A DNA stretch of 64,000 nt. Source: a virus. The stretch spans positions 8,044 through 72,043 of the IMG/VR virus record IMGVR_UViG_3300025949_000023; one strand, written 5' to 3'. Shown here in pieces: positions 9,327 to 19,711 of the stretch. Each line of letters begins with the position of its first letter. Positions within the stretch are counted from its first letter, which is position 1. The translations under genes and the position numbers were made by a program. Under the pieces are notes generated by a model. It did no database searches. It was not told where the DNA came from and was given only the letters and a program-made list of their open reading frames with translations.

Positions 9327-12300
9327 TTAATTACGTTTGAAAAGGTTACGTAAAGAAAACCTTTTTTTCGCAGTTGGGGGACAATCTACTTTAAGCCTGT
9401 CCTCTTTTTTAAGGTCGTCAATCAATTCGTCCACGTCCTTGCCATACCTCTCCACCAGTTGCTTGCGCTGCTCGTGGTATGGTTTTTCCTCCTCCGGTGC
9501 GGAGGCAATGTCCTTTTCTATCTGGCTGAGCTTGGCTTCTTTTTCGGCGGCTCGTGCATCTTGCTCAGTTTTAGTATTATCCTCTTTTTGTCCAAATCCG
9601 TTAGTCTCTGCGTGCTGTTTCCAGTACTCGTCGGTGAGTTGTTGTTCTGTTTCATAATCTTGTTCAGCAATAGATTGCTGCTCCGGTGTTAGTTGTGAAA
9701 ATTCTTTATCAAGTTCTTCGGGCGTATGTTCGCCAAACCAATCTTTAAAAGGTACATCATAGGACTGCGCTTGGTTACCGCGCCCACGGTTTACACTTAC
9801 ATGCTCGTTTTCCCACATACGGTCTATGTGCGCTTGTAAACGCTGCGCACGTTTGGTGTTTGTTTTACCGGCCCTTATGTCGGCAACAGCGCCTTCCCGC
9901 TCTTTCTGGCTCATGTCGTCCAGTGTGAGCCGGTAGTCAAAACTACTATCCTTGGAATCCTCCGCAAAGTGCAGGAATTGTTCGGTAAAATCTTTTTTGG
10001 AAATTTTGGATGTGCGCTCTTTAGAGGTGTCGCGTTTTGCTACCCCCCCCTCGATTTCGTGGGGTTGTTCTGGCTTAATTTCTTCAATAGGCCGTAATAC
10101 CGTCTCTTCCAAATGCTGCTGAATTGGTGTAGTTTCCTTCTCAACCATTTTCGCAGCTTTCTCAGGGCTGGCCACCACTTCTTTTAATTGCTTGTGCAGT
10201 TCTTCAATTTTCGCTTGTATAGGCTCGTGGAATACTTTATCCGTTTCGTGCTTAATTTTCTCCTGCTGTGCAATTTCATCCCATATACTTAATGCAGCGG
10301 TCTTTTGCTCGGGTGTGATGCCCTTTGGTAGTTTGCTCTCCTTTGCCCATGAATTAGCGATAAACTCATGCGCTTTGTTCAAAGCATCTAATGTTTTGTA
10401 ATCACCTCCAGCCAGCGCGTTTTTTCTGGCCTCCTCCAGTATGCTGGCATACAGTGCAGGGTTTTCATTAAAGTTGCGCAGTATTTCCATCCTCGCCCCT
10501 TTGGCCTCCGGCATTAACTTAGCCGCGGCGCTAATCATTCCACCCACCACCGTATTCATCATTACATCATGGGCAATGTTATTCGGGTCAAGTTGGTTGG
10601 TAGCCAGATGCGTGCCGAATAGTTTATTGCTACCGGCGTTAATTACAAAGCTGCTTGCTTCTTGGGCCAGGTTTTGAGCATTTAACAGTGCCACGCCTTT
10701 CACCCCCTGCTCGGTGGGCATCAGTTTCATAAAGTAATCAGTCAGTGATTTTTTCGTAAACCCGGTGGCCAGTAAATCTTCGGTAGTTATTCGGCCTACG
10801 GTTGCCTTGGCTAAATCCGAAGGCATCTGCATGGTGTGCATAAACAGCCCTATTAAGCCGCCTTTTATCCCGCCAATGGTTTGTGCCTGCAATTCACTCG
10901 CACCGGCTAATTTCGCATGCTGGTAGCCTTGGTTGTACGTTCCCAGCATAAAGTAGCCCAGCTCCGGCGCTTTGGCAAATTGCCCCATCAAAATTGCTGG
11001 TGCCATGTTACCCAGCATTTCACCGGCCTGCGCGTAGAAAGGTTTATATCCGGCTTCATTGAGTGCCGTTTGTGCAAAAGGTGTATCTGCAAAGCTGCCG
11101 CCATTGGAGAGGAATTTAGCGGTATAGTAGCGAGAATGTGAGCCAAACATACCGCCCACGCCCAATGCAACATCATCTACGCCACCTACCATACCCGTGT
11201 AAATACTTTTACCGAAGTCTTTTACTCCCCTGCCCAGTTCCTTGGCCTGCCCAACAGCACCCTCTACACCACCTTTCTTTGCCTGCTGCTCATTGGCATA
11301 CTTGCTTTCCTGTTCTGAAATCTGCGCTTGCTTGGCTTTCATCACATCAGGGAATAGCCCCGGCACCGCACCCAACAACTGCTCTCCTTTTTTCTGTGCC
11401 AGGTACAAATTCAATCCGTCCTGCCCTTCGCGGGTACCCAGCGGTTTTAAATCGTCACTTACCTGCTTTGAGGCAGAAATAAACGATTGCTGGTTAAACT
11501 GGTAGGCATTCCATAAATCGGGTAGTTCTTTGCTACCCGACTGTGTAACTGCGTTGGTAACATCCATTTTTATCTTGGCATACCGGCGAATGTCATCCTC
11601 CGTCATGCTGGCAGGGTCGTTCAACTTCTTTACCTCCAAAGAAAGCATTTCATCCATTTCGGGTATTACCCCTTTCATGGCATTCTCGCCTACCATTTTC
11701 ATCTTGGCGCTTATCGCCTGCTGTTCACTCTGGTATTTTGTTTTGAAAGCATTATAGTAGTTATACGATTGAACGGCCTGTAAAACATCCGTGGGTACAG
11801 TTTTTTCATTACCATAAGTATCAGCTATCGCTTGTTGAAGTATTTGTGATTTTCCAGTTTGAGAAGCAAGCATATTGCTTGGCATCTGTTCTGCAGATTT
11901 TTTTACAGCCTCCATTATATCGGGGTGCTGCATTAAAAACTTTGCCAGCGGCAGGTTATCTTTTAACAGCGCCTGTGTTTGCCATGGGTCGTTTTCTGTC
12001 TGCTTTACAAATTCATTTGCCTGCTCGTCTGTAATACTACTTGGCTGCTTTGATAAAGCACTTACCGTTACATCCGGCAGGTTGCCCACGTTAGCACCTT
12101 GGGCTGTTTTAAACGTCATGGAAGGGTTATACGCCTTGGGAACCATGTGTCCTTTATCATTCATGTCGAGGTAAACATATTCACCTGTCCACGTAGGATT
12201 GTCCATTTGCAGCCTTTTTTTCCATGCAAGGCTTTCAGTATTGAAAAGCTTATCTGTTTTTACAATAGTGCCAATGTACTGCTTGGTGTTCACTATATCG

Positions 12301-12803
12301 CTCCATGACTTTACACCTTGTATTTCCTTGTTGCGGGCTTCAATGTCTTTTACCTGGGCCTCGGATGGGTTTACCTTAATATTGTCCCCTGCAGGTAAGA
12401 GCGCCTCTATACCACCCTCTTTGGTGGGAATATCTACTTCTTCTTTTGGTAAATCAATTTTAGCCGGCAGGTCTGCCTTCATAATATCCGGTGGTGGTAT
12501 ATTCTCCGGTATCAGTGGCTTACGGGCTTGTGTAGTATGCATCGCCGTGGGTGCACTTATATTAAATGCTTCGCTTGCGGCATGCTGTTCTACTGGTAAT
12601 GATACAGAATTAACAAAGGCATCCGTTACACTTTTAGCTGCTTCAATGGTAAACTTACCGGCAGGAGTAGCGCTCTTTGGGTCTAAAAACTCCTTTTGAA
12701 AATCAGCCTTTGGACTTTTGAAAGTGCTGGCTTCCTGAATAGCTTTATAGTCAGCATATTGTTCGGGAATGACAGTGGTAGTATCAGGTGTATTGTCTGG
12801 CAT
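9327..12803 (-). CDS. Large internal virion (ejection) protein
   Basis: 1158 aa; A/Q/E/K-rich helical with Gly-rich hydrophobic central helices; single Cys 18 residues from the C-terminus. Confidence 0.65.
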   Translation of the reverse strand: MPDNTPDTTTVIPEQYADYKAIQEASTFKSPKADFQKEFLDPKSATPAGKFTIEAAKSVTDAFVNSVSLPVEQHAASEAFNISAPTAMHTTQARKPLIPENIPPPDIMKADLPAKIDLPKEEVDIPTKEGGIEALLPAGDNIKVNPSEAQVKDIEARNKEIQGVKSWSDIVNTKQYIGTIVKTDKLFNTESLAWKKRLQMDNPTWTGEYVYLDMNDKGHMVPKAYNPSMTFKTAQGANVGNLPDVTVSALSKQPSSITDEQANEFVKQTENDPWQTQALLKDNLPLAKFLMQHPDIMEAVKKSAEQMPSNMLASQTGKSQILQQAIADTYGNEKTVPTDVLQAVQSYNYYNAFKTKYQSEQQAISAKMKMVGENAMKGVIPEMDEMLSLEVKKLNDPASMTEDDIRRYAKIKMDVTNAVTQSGSKELPDLWNAYQFNQQSFISASKQVSDDLKPLGTREGQDGLNLYLAQKKGEQLLGAVPGLFPDVMKAKQAQISEQESKYANEQQAKKGGVEGAVGQAKELGRGVKDFGKSIYTGMVGGVDDVALGVGGMFGSHSRYYTAKFLSNGGSFADTPFAQTALNEAGYKPFYAQAGEMLGNMAPAILMGQFAKAPELGYFMLGTYNQGYQHAKLAGASELQAQTIGGIKGGLIGLFMHTMQMPSDLAKATVGRITTEDLLATGFTKKSLTDYFMKLMPTEQGVKGVALLNAQNLAQEASSFVINAGSNKLFGTHLATNQLDPNNIAHDVMMNTVVGGMISAAAKLMPEAKGARMEILRNFNENPALYASILEEARKNALAGGDYKTLDALNKAHEFIANSWAKESKLPKGITPEQKTAALSIWDEIAQQEKIKHETDKVFHEPIQAKIEELHKQLKEVVASPEKAAKMVEKETTPIQQHLEETVLRPIEEIKPEQPHEIEGGVAKRDTSKERTSKISKKDFTEQFLHFAEDSKDSSFDYRLTLDDMSQKEREGAVADIRAGKTNTKRAQRLQAHIDRMWENEHVSVNRGRGNQAQSYDVPFKDWFGEHTPEELDKEFSQLTPEQQSIAEQDYETEQQLTDEYWKQHAETNGFGQKEDNTKTEQDARAAEKEAKLSQIEKDIASAPEEEKPYHEQRKQLVERYGKDVDELIDDLKKEDRLKVDCPPTAKKRFSLRNLFKRN

Positions 12804-12811
12804 GATGCAAT

Positions 12812-14365
12812 TTAAGCACTCTGCGGGCTATTTACAAGCATTGCTAAGCCAGCAAGCGCGTTTCTCGGTGCAACCACATCATTAAATGATATTTCTCCAT
12901 CATCTGAAAGGTCTGCTTCGTAATCTTCATTTGCGGCCTTGCCGGTTAAAAATCCCTTGCTTAAATCTATTTTAAACAACTCCTGTTTAACGGGCTTGGT
13001 TTTATCCATGTCAACAGCAGCCTTACCAGTATTAGGGTCTTTTGCGACCTCCATCTTCTTGGTCTTACTATTAAATTCGTATTTATAGAAAACTGGCAAT
13101 ATGTCTCCATTTTGCTTTACACGAACTTCATCTGGATAAACTTTTTTATTTGTGGTAGGGTCAACAATTGCCATGGCGTTTCTAACCCTATTATCAATTT
13201 TCATGTTGTACTGAATTTCCGTTACGCCATCATGTGTATAAGGCCTTGGGTCGTTCATCGCATCAAGTTTTAAAACCTCAAAAAGTTTATTGCCCATTTC
13301 AAAGGCAACTGTTTTTTTCTTATCAGCCTTAGCATCATTAACTTTTATCTGTAATGAAGCGCCATAATCCTTTAGCCTCATGCCATATTCAAACCCAAGC
13401 TTTTTAAGTGCTTTTTCATTTTCAAATCGTTGCCCTTGTAAATATTCAGGGTTTGGCTTAAACTCTTTCTGCCCTAAGTTATAAGGTTTACTACCCTCAA
13501 TTATCATTTTGGCTGTATAAAGGCCGGTATAATCCATTGGTAGTTTCTGCCCATGGTTATTGGGGTCACTATCAATTATCTTTTGCGCTTCCTGAATGGT
13601 GCTTAATTTATCCTCGTCTTTTGTCTGCATCCACTCGTTCTGCGCGTTTTTGTTGTAATTACGGTTGCCCAAAGATTGGGCAGCTTTCATCGCTATTTCA
13701 CTTGTCGGGCGCATGTAAACAGCATTTTGGTTTACATCCCACCCCACTAATTGCTTCTTGTCATTATATACGGGTTTTTCACTTGGCACCACTTGCCTGT
13801 CACCCAGCACATCCTTTATTGCATCGCCCGTTCCTTTATATGTTTCAGGTGCATGCAGGTATGGCGCCAGCGTATTGAATCCTGTTGTACGTATCTGGTC
13901 AATTGTCAGCCCATCCTCTATTTTTGATGCCTGTGCCAGCTCAGGGAAGTCTTTAAAAGCGCCGGGATTGGTTGCGGCCATGTTCCACATCTTCGCTTTT
14001 TCTTCACTTTGCTTTGTGCTGGAATTTGCCAGGTTAAGGTTGCTATAATACGCATCATCCAATTTGCCTTGCCAGAAGGCCCTTTGTACGGGGTCTTTTA
14101 AAACTTTTGGGCTTTGCAGCATCAATCCAGCCATCCTGAAACTCTTTACCCCTTCCATGAATTTAGGAATATCCGCAGCACGCATTGTTTTCTGGGAATC
14201 CCCCAGCTGTAACTGCATTTTATTAAACTGGTCTTGAATATACTGCTTGTTGGTTAAGTCCCTGTGCTGTATTTGGGCAAGCGTGGTGTTAAATTGTTCC
14301 CAATGTAGTACGCCGGCCTCGCCCGTACCTGTCCCGCTTGATATGTTTGCGCCTGTTTGTGCCAT
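12812..14365 (-). CDS. Internal virion (ejection) protein
   Basis: 517 aa, Cys-free, second gene of the ejection cluster after the nozzle. Confidence 0.6.
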   Translation of the reverse strand: MAQTGANISSGTGTGEAGVLHWEQFNTTLAQIQHRDLTNKQYIQDQFNKMQLQLGDSQKTMRAADIPKFMEGVKSFRMAGLMLQSPKVLKDPVQRAFWQGKLDDAYYSNLNLANSSTKQSEEKAKMWNMAATNPGAFKDFPELAQASKIEDGLTIDQIRTTGFNTLAPYLHAPETYKGTGDAIKDVLGDRQVVPSEKPVYNDKKQLVGWDVNQNAVYMRPTSEIAMKAAQSLGNRNYNKNAQNEWMQTKDEDKLSTIQEAQKIIDSDPNNHGQKLPMDYTGLYTAKMIIEGSKPYNLGQKEFKPNPEYLQGQRFENEKALKKLGFEYGMRLKDYGASLQIKVNDAKADKKKTVAFEMGNKLFEVLKLDAMNDPRPYTHDGVTEIQYNMKIDNRVRNAMAIVDPTTNKKVYPDEVRVKQNGDILPVFYKYEFNSKTKKMEVAKDPNTGKAAVDMDKTKPVKQELFKIDLSKGFLTGKAANEDYEADLSDDGEISFNDVVAPRNALAGLAMLVNSPQSA

Positions 14366-15042
14366 TACTGTATTGGTTGGAAGCCTGAAAAACGACGTAA
14401 CCGTTGTGTATTTTGAAGATATGTAGCGTAGCTATCAGGAATTGTGTTCCCGTAAAGGTCAGGGTTTTCAACTGTAGGGTCATTTTTAGGAGTAAAGAAC
14501 CCTTCACTTGCCCCTTTAGCACCTGCGGAAGCAATCATATTAAGCCCTGTATTAAAGTTCTCGGTAGACGCACCTTTTAAAGCCTGTATAGCTGCGGCGT
14601 TTTCTTCGTACTTGGCTTTGCTGTTCCAATCCCACACCCTGTTTTGCCAGTCTCCTAAATTATTTTTCTGGTTGATTAGCTGGCCTTCTTTGGTAACCAT
14701 CAGCTGCGCATCCTGCGCGGTTAAATTTCCGGTTGCGTCCTGCTGCTGCTGTTGTATAGCGCCTATTGTTTCCATGCCCGCCCTGCGCTCCGTAGCGCTG
14801 CCCAAAGCTACTGCACCGGCACGCTGTATCTCTTTTTGTGCCTCTAACTTTACGGCAGCGGGTAAGCCGTATGTAGCCTGCTGCTCTGCAAGTGCTGTGG
14901 CATCTTTAATACCCTGCGGCACGCTTTCAATAGGCCGCTGGTTTGATTTTTCCAATGCCTTTGCCTTCTTCTTATCGGAAGCGCTTTTTATCAAGCTTAT
15001 GGCACCTAAAACTCCTGCGGTTACGAGGCCCCCGGCTGGCAT
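14365..15042 (-). CDS. Small ejection/DNA-pilot protein (P22 gp7/T7 gp14-like position)
   Basis: 225 aa; hydrophobic Gly/Ala N-terminus (GGLVTAGVLGAISLI) then A/Q-rich coiled coil. Confidence 0.65.
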   Translation of the reverse strand: MPAGGLVTAGVLGAISLIKSASDKKKAKALEKSNQRPIESVPQGIKDATALAEQQATYGLPAAVKLEAQKEIQRAGAVALGSATERRAGMETIGAIQQQQQDATGNLTAQDAQLMVTKEGQLINQKNNLGDWQNRVWDWNSKAKYEENAAAIQALKGASTENFNTGLNMIASAGAKGASEGFFTPKNDPTVENPDLYGNTIPDSYATYLQNTQRLRRFSGFQPIQ

Positions 15043-15045
15043 AGA

Positions 15046-15477
15046 CTAAGATTTAGTTGTTAAAACTGTTATATTTTCAATCGTGGTAACCATCCCACAC
15101 TTCTTCAACCAATTAATCGCCCTGGTATTGTAACTGTATAAAAGGCAGTCAAATTTATCTCCCAGCGATTGTTTGATTGACTTCCAAAATTCATCTAAAT
15201 ATAGCGAATTTCTAAAATTTTTATTTAAACCGAAACTTATCAGCAATTCGGGCATATAAACATAGTAGCCTACCGGGTTGTAATTATCGTAAAAACCAAT
15301 GCACTTTGCGTCAGGGTAATTGTGTTTTATCTTGGCCATTACATTGTCGCATGCCTGCTGTGTACTGGTAACGTTCTCTCCTTTATCGTAGTAATTAAGC
15401 AGGTCGGTATCAAGTAAAAATGCAGCCTCTACGAAGGGCTGCATTTCTGAAATATCGTGTGTGCATGTAGTTATCAT
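15046..15477 (-). CDS. GNAT-fold acetyltransferase-like protein (podovirus post-nozzle position)
   Basis: 143 aa; PVGYY, ISFGLNKNFR and NTRAINWLKKCGM resemble GNAT motifs A/B. Confidence 0.6.
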   Translation of the reverse strand: MITTCTHDISEMQPFVEAAFLLDTDLLNYYDKGENVTSTQQACDNVMAKIKHNYPDAKCIGFYDNYNPVGYYVYMPELLISFGLNKNFRNSLYLDEFWKSIKQSLGDKFDCLLYSYNTRAINWLKKCGMVTTIENITVLTTKS

Positions 15478-18400
15478 CCGTTGCGTGGGCTAAATGCGTA
15501 ATTTAAATACAACCCGAAGATATAAATTAATTCGGGGTCTGCACGCTGCAAAATCAACTCCATCCATGTCCCTTTCAGGAAGTCTCCGTTAATAAGGCCT
15601 CCTTCGCTGTTTACATCCCGCCAGAAAGCGGCACTGTAAATACCTTCCCTGAAATCAAGATCTTCGTCCAGCAATGTACTTTGGTTGCCCAGCTCAGTTT
15701 GTATCTGCGTAGGCATTGGCGCTGTCCATATTTTCCCATATTGGGAATTGTAGTTTATTGCCCGGTATTCTTTTTTGGCGTTTGCCTGCGGGTTAAATAC
15801 TATATCTAATGAGGCTGGATAAAGTACACCATACGGTGTTATCTGGCCGTATTGTTCAATTACACCATACTGCGCTATCTCACCAGGTACGTAAATTTGA
15901 CCGTAGTTTGAAAAGAAGGTGTTATACTGGTTTTGATTCGTAAAGCTGTACAATACGCCTTTCTGCCACGCATACAGCACGTTTTCACCGCACTCAATCA
16001 TATCTGGTTGCCAATCCCTCCAGTTAGTAAATGCGTTCTCTGCTTCGTCCCATACAATAGTGTCTCCCTGTATATCATCGCCGCTTTGGAAAACAAATAT
16101 GCACTCCTTCTTTTTGTCCCTTTGGAAATAACAGCATCCCAGTATTTTGGCATAGCCGCCGTAATATCCTTGATGGTTATTTAAATACTGTGTAGCCAGT
16201 GGCCCTACAAATGTTTGTACTTTCCCTTCTTCGCTTATTGGTGTGTAACCATCCTGAGAAAGTCGTAACAAATACCCTTTTACCGGGTCTGGGTGATAAT
16301 CAACATACCCATCTGAAAACAGCCCGTCAGCCTGGTTGCCTATGCCAAAACTTCCGTCATAGTACTGGATGTTGTTTTGTGTAATTATCGTGTCGGAAAC
16401 TATCAGGTTTTTAGTCCCGTCATTGTTTACAATGAATTTTGCATACACCCCTATAACACCTGTACCGCGCTCATGGAAGATTCTGGCGTTTCGCTGCCGG
16501 GCAACCATCCGCATAACCTTACCCTTGCTGCGGTCAAATTCATCGTAGTCAAAAGGATAAAATATGCTTATACCGTTTACATTCGTTCCTTGCTGGTCAG
16601 GATGGCTAAACCTAAACCTTGTGGGATATTCCTGTTGTTTTACATCCGGCGCCACAACTGCAGGTTTCCCGTTGCTGCTGGTAACAATAGCGTACACATC
16701 GCTGAATGACGGCTCAATTACCGGTATCTGTATGTTTTCTATTATCTCCATTTTAAGCACATGCTGCCCGTATTGCACTGTAGTTGTGCCATCTATACCT
16801 GCGTCAACTTCAATATAAAACACTATACATCCCGCGGGCACTACTGCATCAACAATCAACTCGGTAAAATCCGCCTGGTCGCCGGAAGAAGCAAGAAACC
16901 TGTTTTTAGCCAGATAGTAGCTTGTATAGTTATTACTTGGGTTAATAACAACCACAAATATGCTCAGGTTTACGGCTTTGTCGGTTGTTGCGCCAGCCGT
17001 GTCAACTGTAAACCGCAAAGAAATGTCGCTCGCTGTTTTATTCTTAAATATGTAATCGGTGCTGCTGTAATCAACAAGGCCTGTTAATCCGGGGTCGGTG
17101 TTGTAATTCTGTGTTCCTACTTCGTACCGTGTATTGCTTACATTCCCACCCTGCGGCGTTGCGCTGGGGGTGGCGTATGTTTCGGCAATCTTATAATTAC
17201 CAATATCGTAGTAATAAATAAACCCTACCGGCACCGTTCTCCACCGGAAGAAGTTATCGCCATCGCTTATTGTGACGATAGCCGCCTGCGAAAGATTAGC
17301 TGTTTGTGTTTGGGTATTGCCCATGTGGTAGGCTTGTGCTGTACCTGAATTACCAATCCCAAACCATTTACCAAATTCAAAATAAGTATTGTTGTTTGTT
17401 TCGCCTTCTACAATATTTGACTGGTGGGCTTTTAAATTGTAAAGCAACACTTGGTAGTGCTGGTAATCTATAGTCCCGTCAAAAACAAAGACTCCAGGTG
17501 TAATATCGGCTGTAGGGTAGTTTATTTTTACGAAGTTGCCAGTCATTTGCTGTGTATTGATAACAGGGTTTACCTCCAAAGAAAGCACCTCGTAATCAAG
17601 ATTAAGCGTAGAAATGTCGTGTCCTACGCCGCTGGCATCCCATCTGGCATTAAACCTCACCCTGTCGCCGGGGGAGAAGTTGTACTGTACGACGCCCTCA
17701 CTGGCCTGTATAGTTTTATTATATTCTACAATATTGCTTACATCTATGTACGCATACTGTTTTTCAAGGTACACCTGGCTATACGCCTGCCGGGAAACCC
17801 AGTTAAGTATTTTATTGTATGAAAGCTGAGGCGTCCTTAAAACCTGGTAGCCGGTAGCCCATATTGGTGGCCGGTGTGAAATTAAGAGTGCAAGCTGGGC
17901 CACCCCCGCTGCATACGCGCCAAAGAACTGGGATGGCGTTTTGATAAAACACTGCGCTGTGGTTACTACTGTATTAGTGCGTCCTTTATCATCCCGGTAA
18001 TTAATGGCTATCCCATAGTTGCAGTTTGGTAAATAAGCAAAGAAAGATGTGTTTAAAATGCTATAATCTGCCGGTACGTAAGGCGCTGCATCCAAAGTGG
18101 TGTTTGCCCGGTACAAAACCAAACTGTTTGTGCCAAGACTTATGAATGTCCACCCCTGCGCAATACTGGCTACCTGCAGTTGTGTAAGCGCCGTAACCAC
18201 GGAAGCGTCACTGGCCGTAATACTAAACCCTACCTCCGCCTGGGCTGCGTTCTGTGCTTTTACGGTAAGTACGCTACCTGCCAGCACATCTAATAAGGAT
18301 GGATTATCGTTGCCGTCATTTGTACCGGTACCGGTTAAATATATCGTAACATACCCGGTGTACGGGTTTTGATACGCAAAAAACAGCAACCCATTTACTG

Positions 18401-19490
18401 TTGCATACTGGTTGTCTACCGGCGTAACCGTTGTAGTCATTAAAGGCATTGCCACCTGGTCATAGCCTTCCACGGTGTCTGCCACGGCCACCACATTCCC
18501 GTTTAAAACAGTGCTGCAATTATTCTGCTGGGGAATATATGTCTGGTCAATTACTGTCAGTGTAGGGTCAGCGGAAGGATATGTACTGTCATTGTAAAAA
18601 ACATACCGCCAAAAGCTGTTATCGGGGATACTCAGCTCAGATTTTACCAATGTGTCAACAAGCAGCCAATCGGAAGTTATGCCGTCTTTTGTTTGCTGCA
18701 TCCATATCTCCAGCTTTTTTACATCCACATCCCCTGTTGGGATGTATAACGCTATCCTGCCGTTTTTATTCGGGTTTTGGTTTATCACCATATCGCCGGG
18801 ATTGTACGGCAGCGGGCACTCGCTTATTGTTGAATACACGCATTTATCCAAAACATCAAAAACCTGCCGCGTCCTGAACTGAAACAGGGCATTACGCAGG
18901 TTGTTTGTGGCCAGGCCGGTAGCGTTCTCATACACGCATTTTATTGGTATAGGCGGTGGTTGTTTCGCAAGGTCTATGTAATTGCGCCTTATAGGGTTAT
19001 ACGTGTTGGCTAAATACAGGTTTATGGGTATACGGGTAATTCTTTTTAAACTGTCGGTGTAAACAAGAATATCGCCGTCAACAGGGTCGCCGTAGATTAT
19101 ATCAATGGAATTTATGGTAACAGTAAAAAGAAAGCCCAGCACATCACCGTCTGTGTTGATACCGTTCTGAATCAGGGTATCAATAGTTCCCAGCTTAGTG
19201 TTTAGAATATATATACCATCATTGCCGTTGGAGTTTTTATTCATCCAGAACATCCTGTATTTAACGGCATCATAGTGCCTGCCGATACAAAGATTGTCTC
19301 CTGCCGGAAGGCTAAAACCATACGCTGTAAATAAATTGATTGTTCCGGTGAGGTTCTGCGGGCGTTTGTTTCCAGCTGGCCCAAACCAGCTTAAATTCCT
19401 TGTACTTCGGCGTAGCATACCATTGCCTACGTTCTCCGGCGTATCGTCCAGGTTAACCATACCGGTAAATGGTACTTGTTCTATTGGCAT
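15474..19490 (-). CDS. Tail nozzle/stabilisation protein (crAss muzzle / P22 gp10-like)
   Basis: ~1338 aa, beta-rich. N-terminal FTGMVNLDDTPE and C-terminal FREGIYSA...GDFLKGTWM are typical of crAss-like stabilisation proteins. ATG 19490 preferred over 19538, which overlaps the upstream gene. Confidence 0.75.
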   Translation of the reverse strand: MPIEQVPFTGMVNLDDTPENVGNGMLRRSTRNLSWFGPAGNKRPQNLTGTINLFTAYGFSLPAGDNLCIGRHYDAVKYRMFWMNKNSNGNDGIYILNTKLGTIDTLIQNGINTDGDVLGFLFTVTINSIDIIYGDPVDGDILVYTDSLKRITRIPINLYLANTYNPIRRNYIDLAKQPPPIPIKCVYENATGLATNNLRNALFQFRTRQVFDVLDKCVYSTISECPLPYNPGDMVINQNPNKNGRIALYIPTGDVDVKKLEIWMQQTKDGITSDWLLVDTLVKSELSIPDNSFWRYVFYNDSTYPSADPTLTVIDQTYIPQQNNCSTVLNGNVVAVADTVEGYDQVAMPLMTTTVTPVDNQYATVNGLLFFAYQNPYTGYVTIYLTGTGTNDGNDNPSLLDVLAGSVLTVKAQNAAQAEVGFSITASDASVVTALTQLQVASIAQGWTFISLGTNSLVLYRANTTLDAAPYVPADYSILNTSFFAYLPNCNYGIAINYRDDKGRTNTVVTTAQCFIKTPSQFFGAYAAGVAQLALLISHRPPIWATGYQVLRTPQLSYNKILNWVSRQAYSQVYLEKQYAYIDVSNIVEYNKTIQASEGVVQYNFSPGDRVRFNARWDASGVGHDISTLNLDYEVLSLEVNPVINTQQMTGNFVKINYPTADITPGVFVFDGTIDYQHYQVLLYNLKAHQSNIVEGETNNNTYFEFGKWFGIGNSGTAQAYHMGNTQTQTANLSQAAIVTISDGDNFFRWRTVPVGFIYYYDIGNYKIAETYATPSATPQGGNVSNTRYEVGTQNYNTDPGLTGLVDYSSTDYIFKNKTASDISLRFTVDTAGATTDKAVNLSIFVVVINPSNNYTSYYLAKNRFLASSGDQADFTELIVDAVVPAGCIVFYIEVDAGIDGTTTVQYGQHVLKMEIIENIQIPVIEPSFSDVYAIVTSSNGKPAVVAPDVKQQEYPTRFRFSHPDQQGTNVNGISIFYPFDYDEFDRSKGKVMRMVARQRNARIFHERGTGVIGVYAKFIVNNDGTKNLIVSDTIITQNNIQYYDGSFGIGNQADGLFSDGYVDYHPDPVKGYLLRLSQDGYTPISEEGKVQTFVGPLATQYLNNHQGYYGGYAKILGCCYFQRDKKKECIFVFQSGDDIQGDTIVWDEAENAFTNWRDWQPDMIECGENVLYAWQKGVLYSFTNQNQYNTFFSNYGQIYVPGEIAQYGVIEQYGQITPYGVLYPASLDIVFNPQANAKKEYRAINYNSQYGKIWTAPMPTQIQTELGNQSTLLDEDLDFREGIYSAAFWRDVNSEGGLINGDFLKGTWMELILQRADPELIYIFGLYLNYAFSPRNG

Positions 19491-19492
19491 GT

Positions 19493-19708
19493 TTAGTTGA
19501 TTTGACTGAGCTCTGTTACTACCAGTTGCCCAAGCCAAATGTACCCCTTTCCTGTGTAATTACCCCCTGTGTTGTCGGTAGCGGTCAAATTGTACATCAC
19601 CCTGCTTTGACCGTTTTCTGTAAAAGAAGTGCCTAAATAATAATGCAGGCCTTTGCTCCCATTGGCAAGTACCTGCACATTTGAAGTATATAACTGGCCT
19701 TCTGGCAT
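19493..19708 (-). CDS. Small tail-associated protein
   Basis: 71 aa, tightly packed between ring and nozzle genes. Confidence 0.5.
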   Translation of the reverse strand: MPEGQLYTSNVQVLANGSKGLHYYLGTSFTENGQSRVMYNLTATDNTGGNYTGKGYIWLGQLVVTELSQIN

Positions 19709-19711
19709 GGC

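Noticed and set aside
15820-15910. Repeated YG(Q/V)I units in the nozzle as a DGR variable region
   Set aside because: Short peptide-level repeat only; no reverse transcriptase or template repeat noticed in the window
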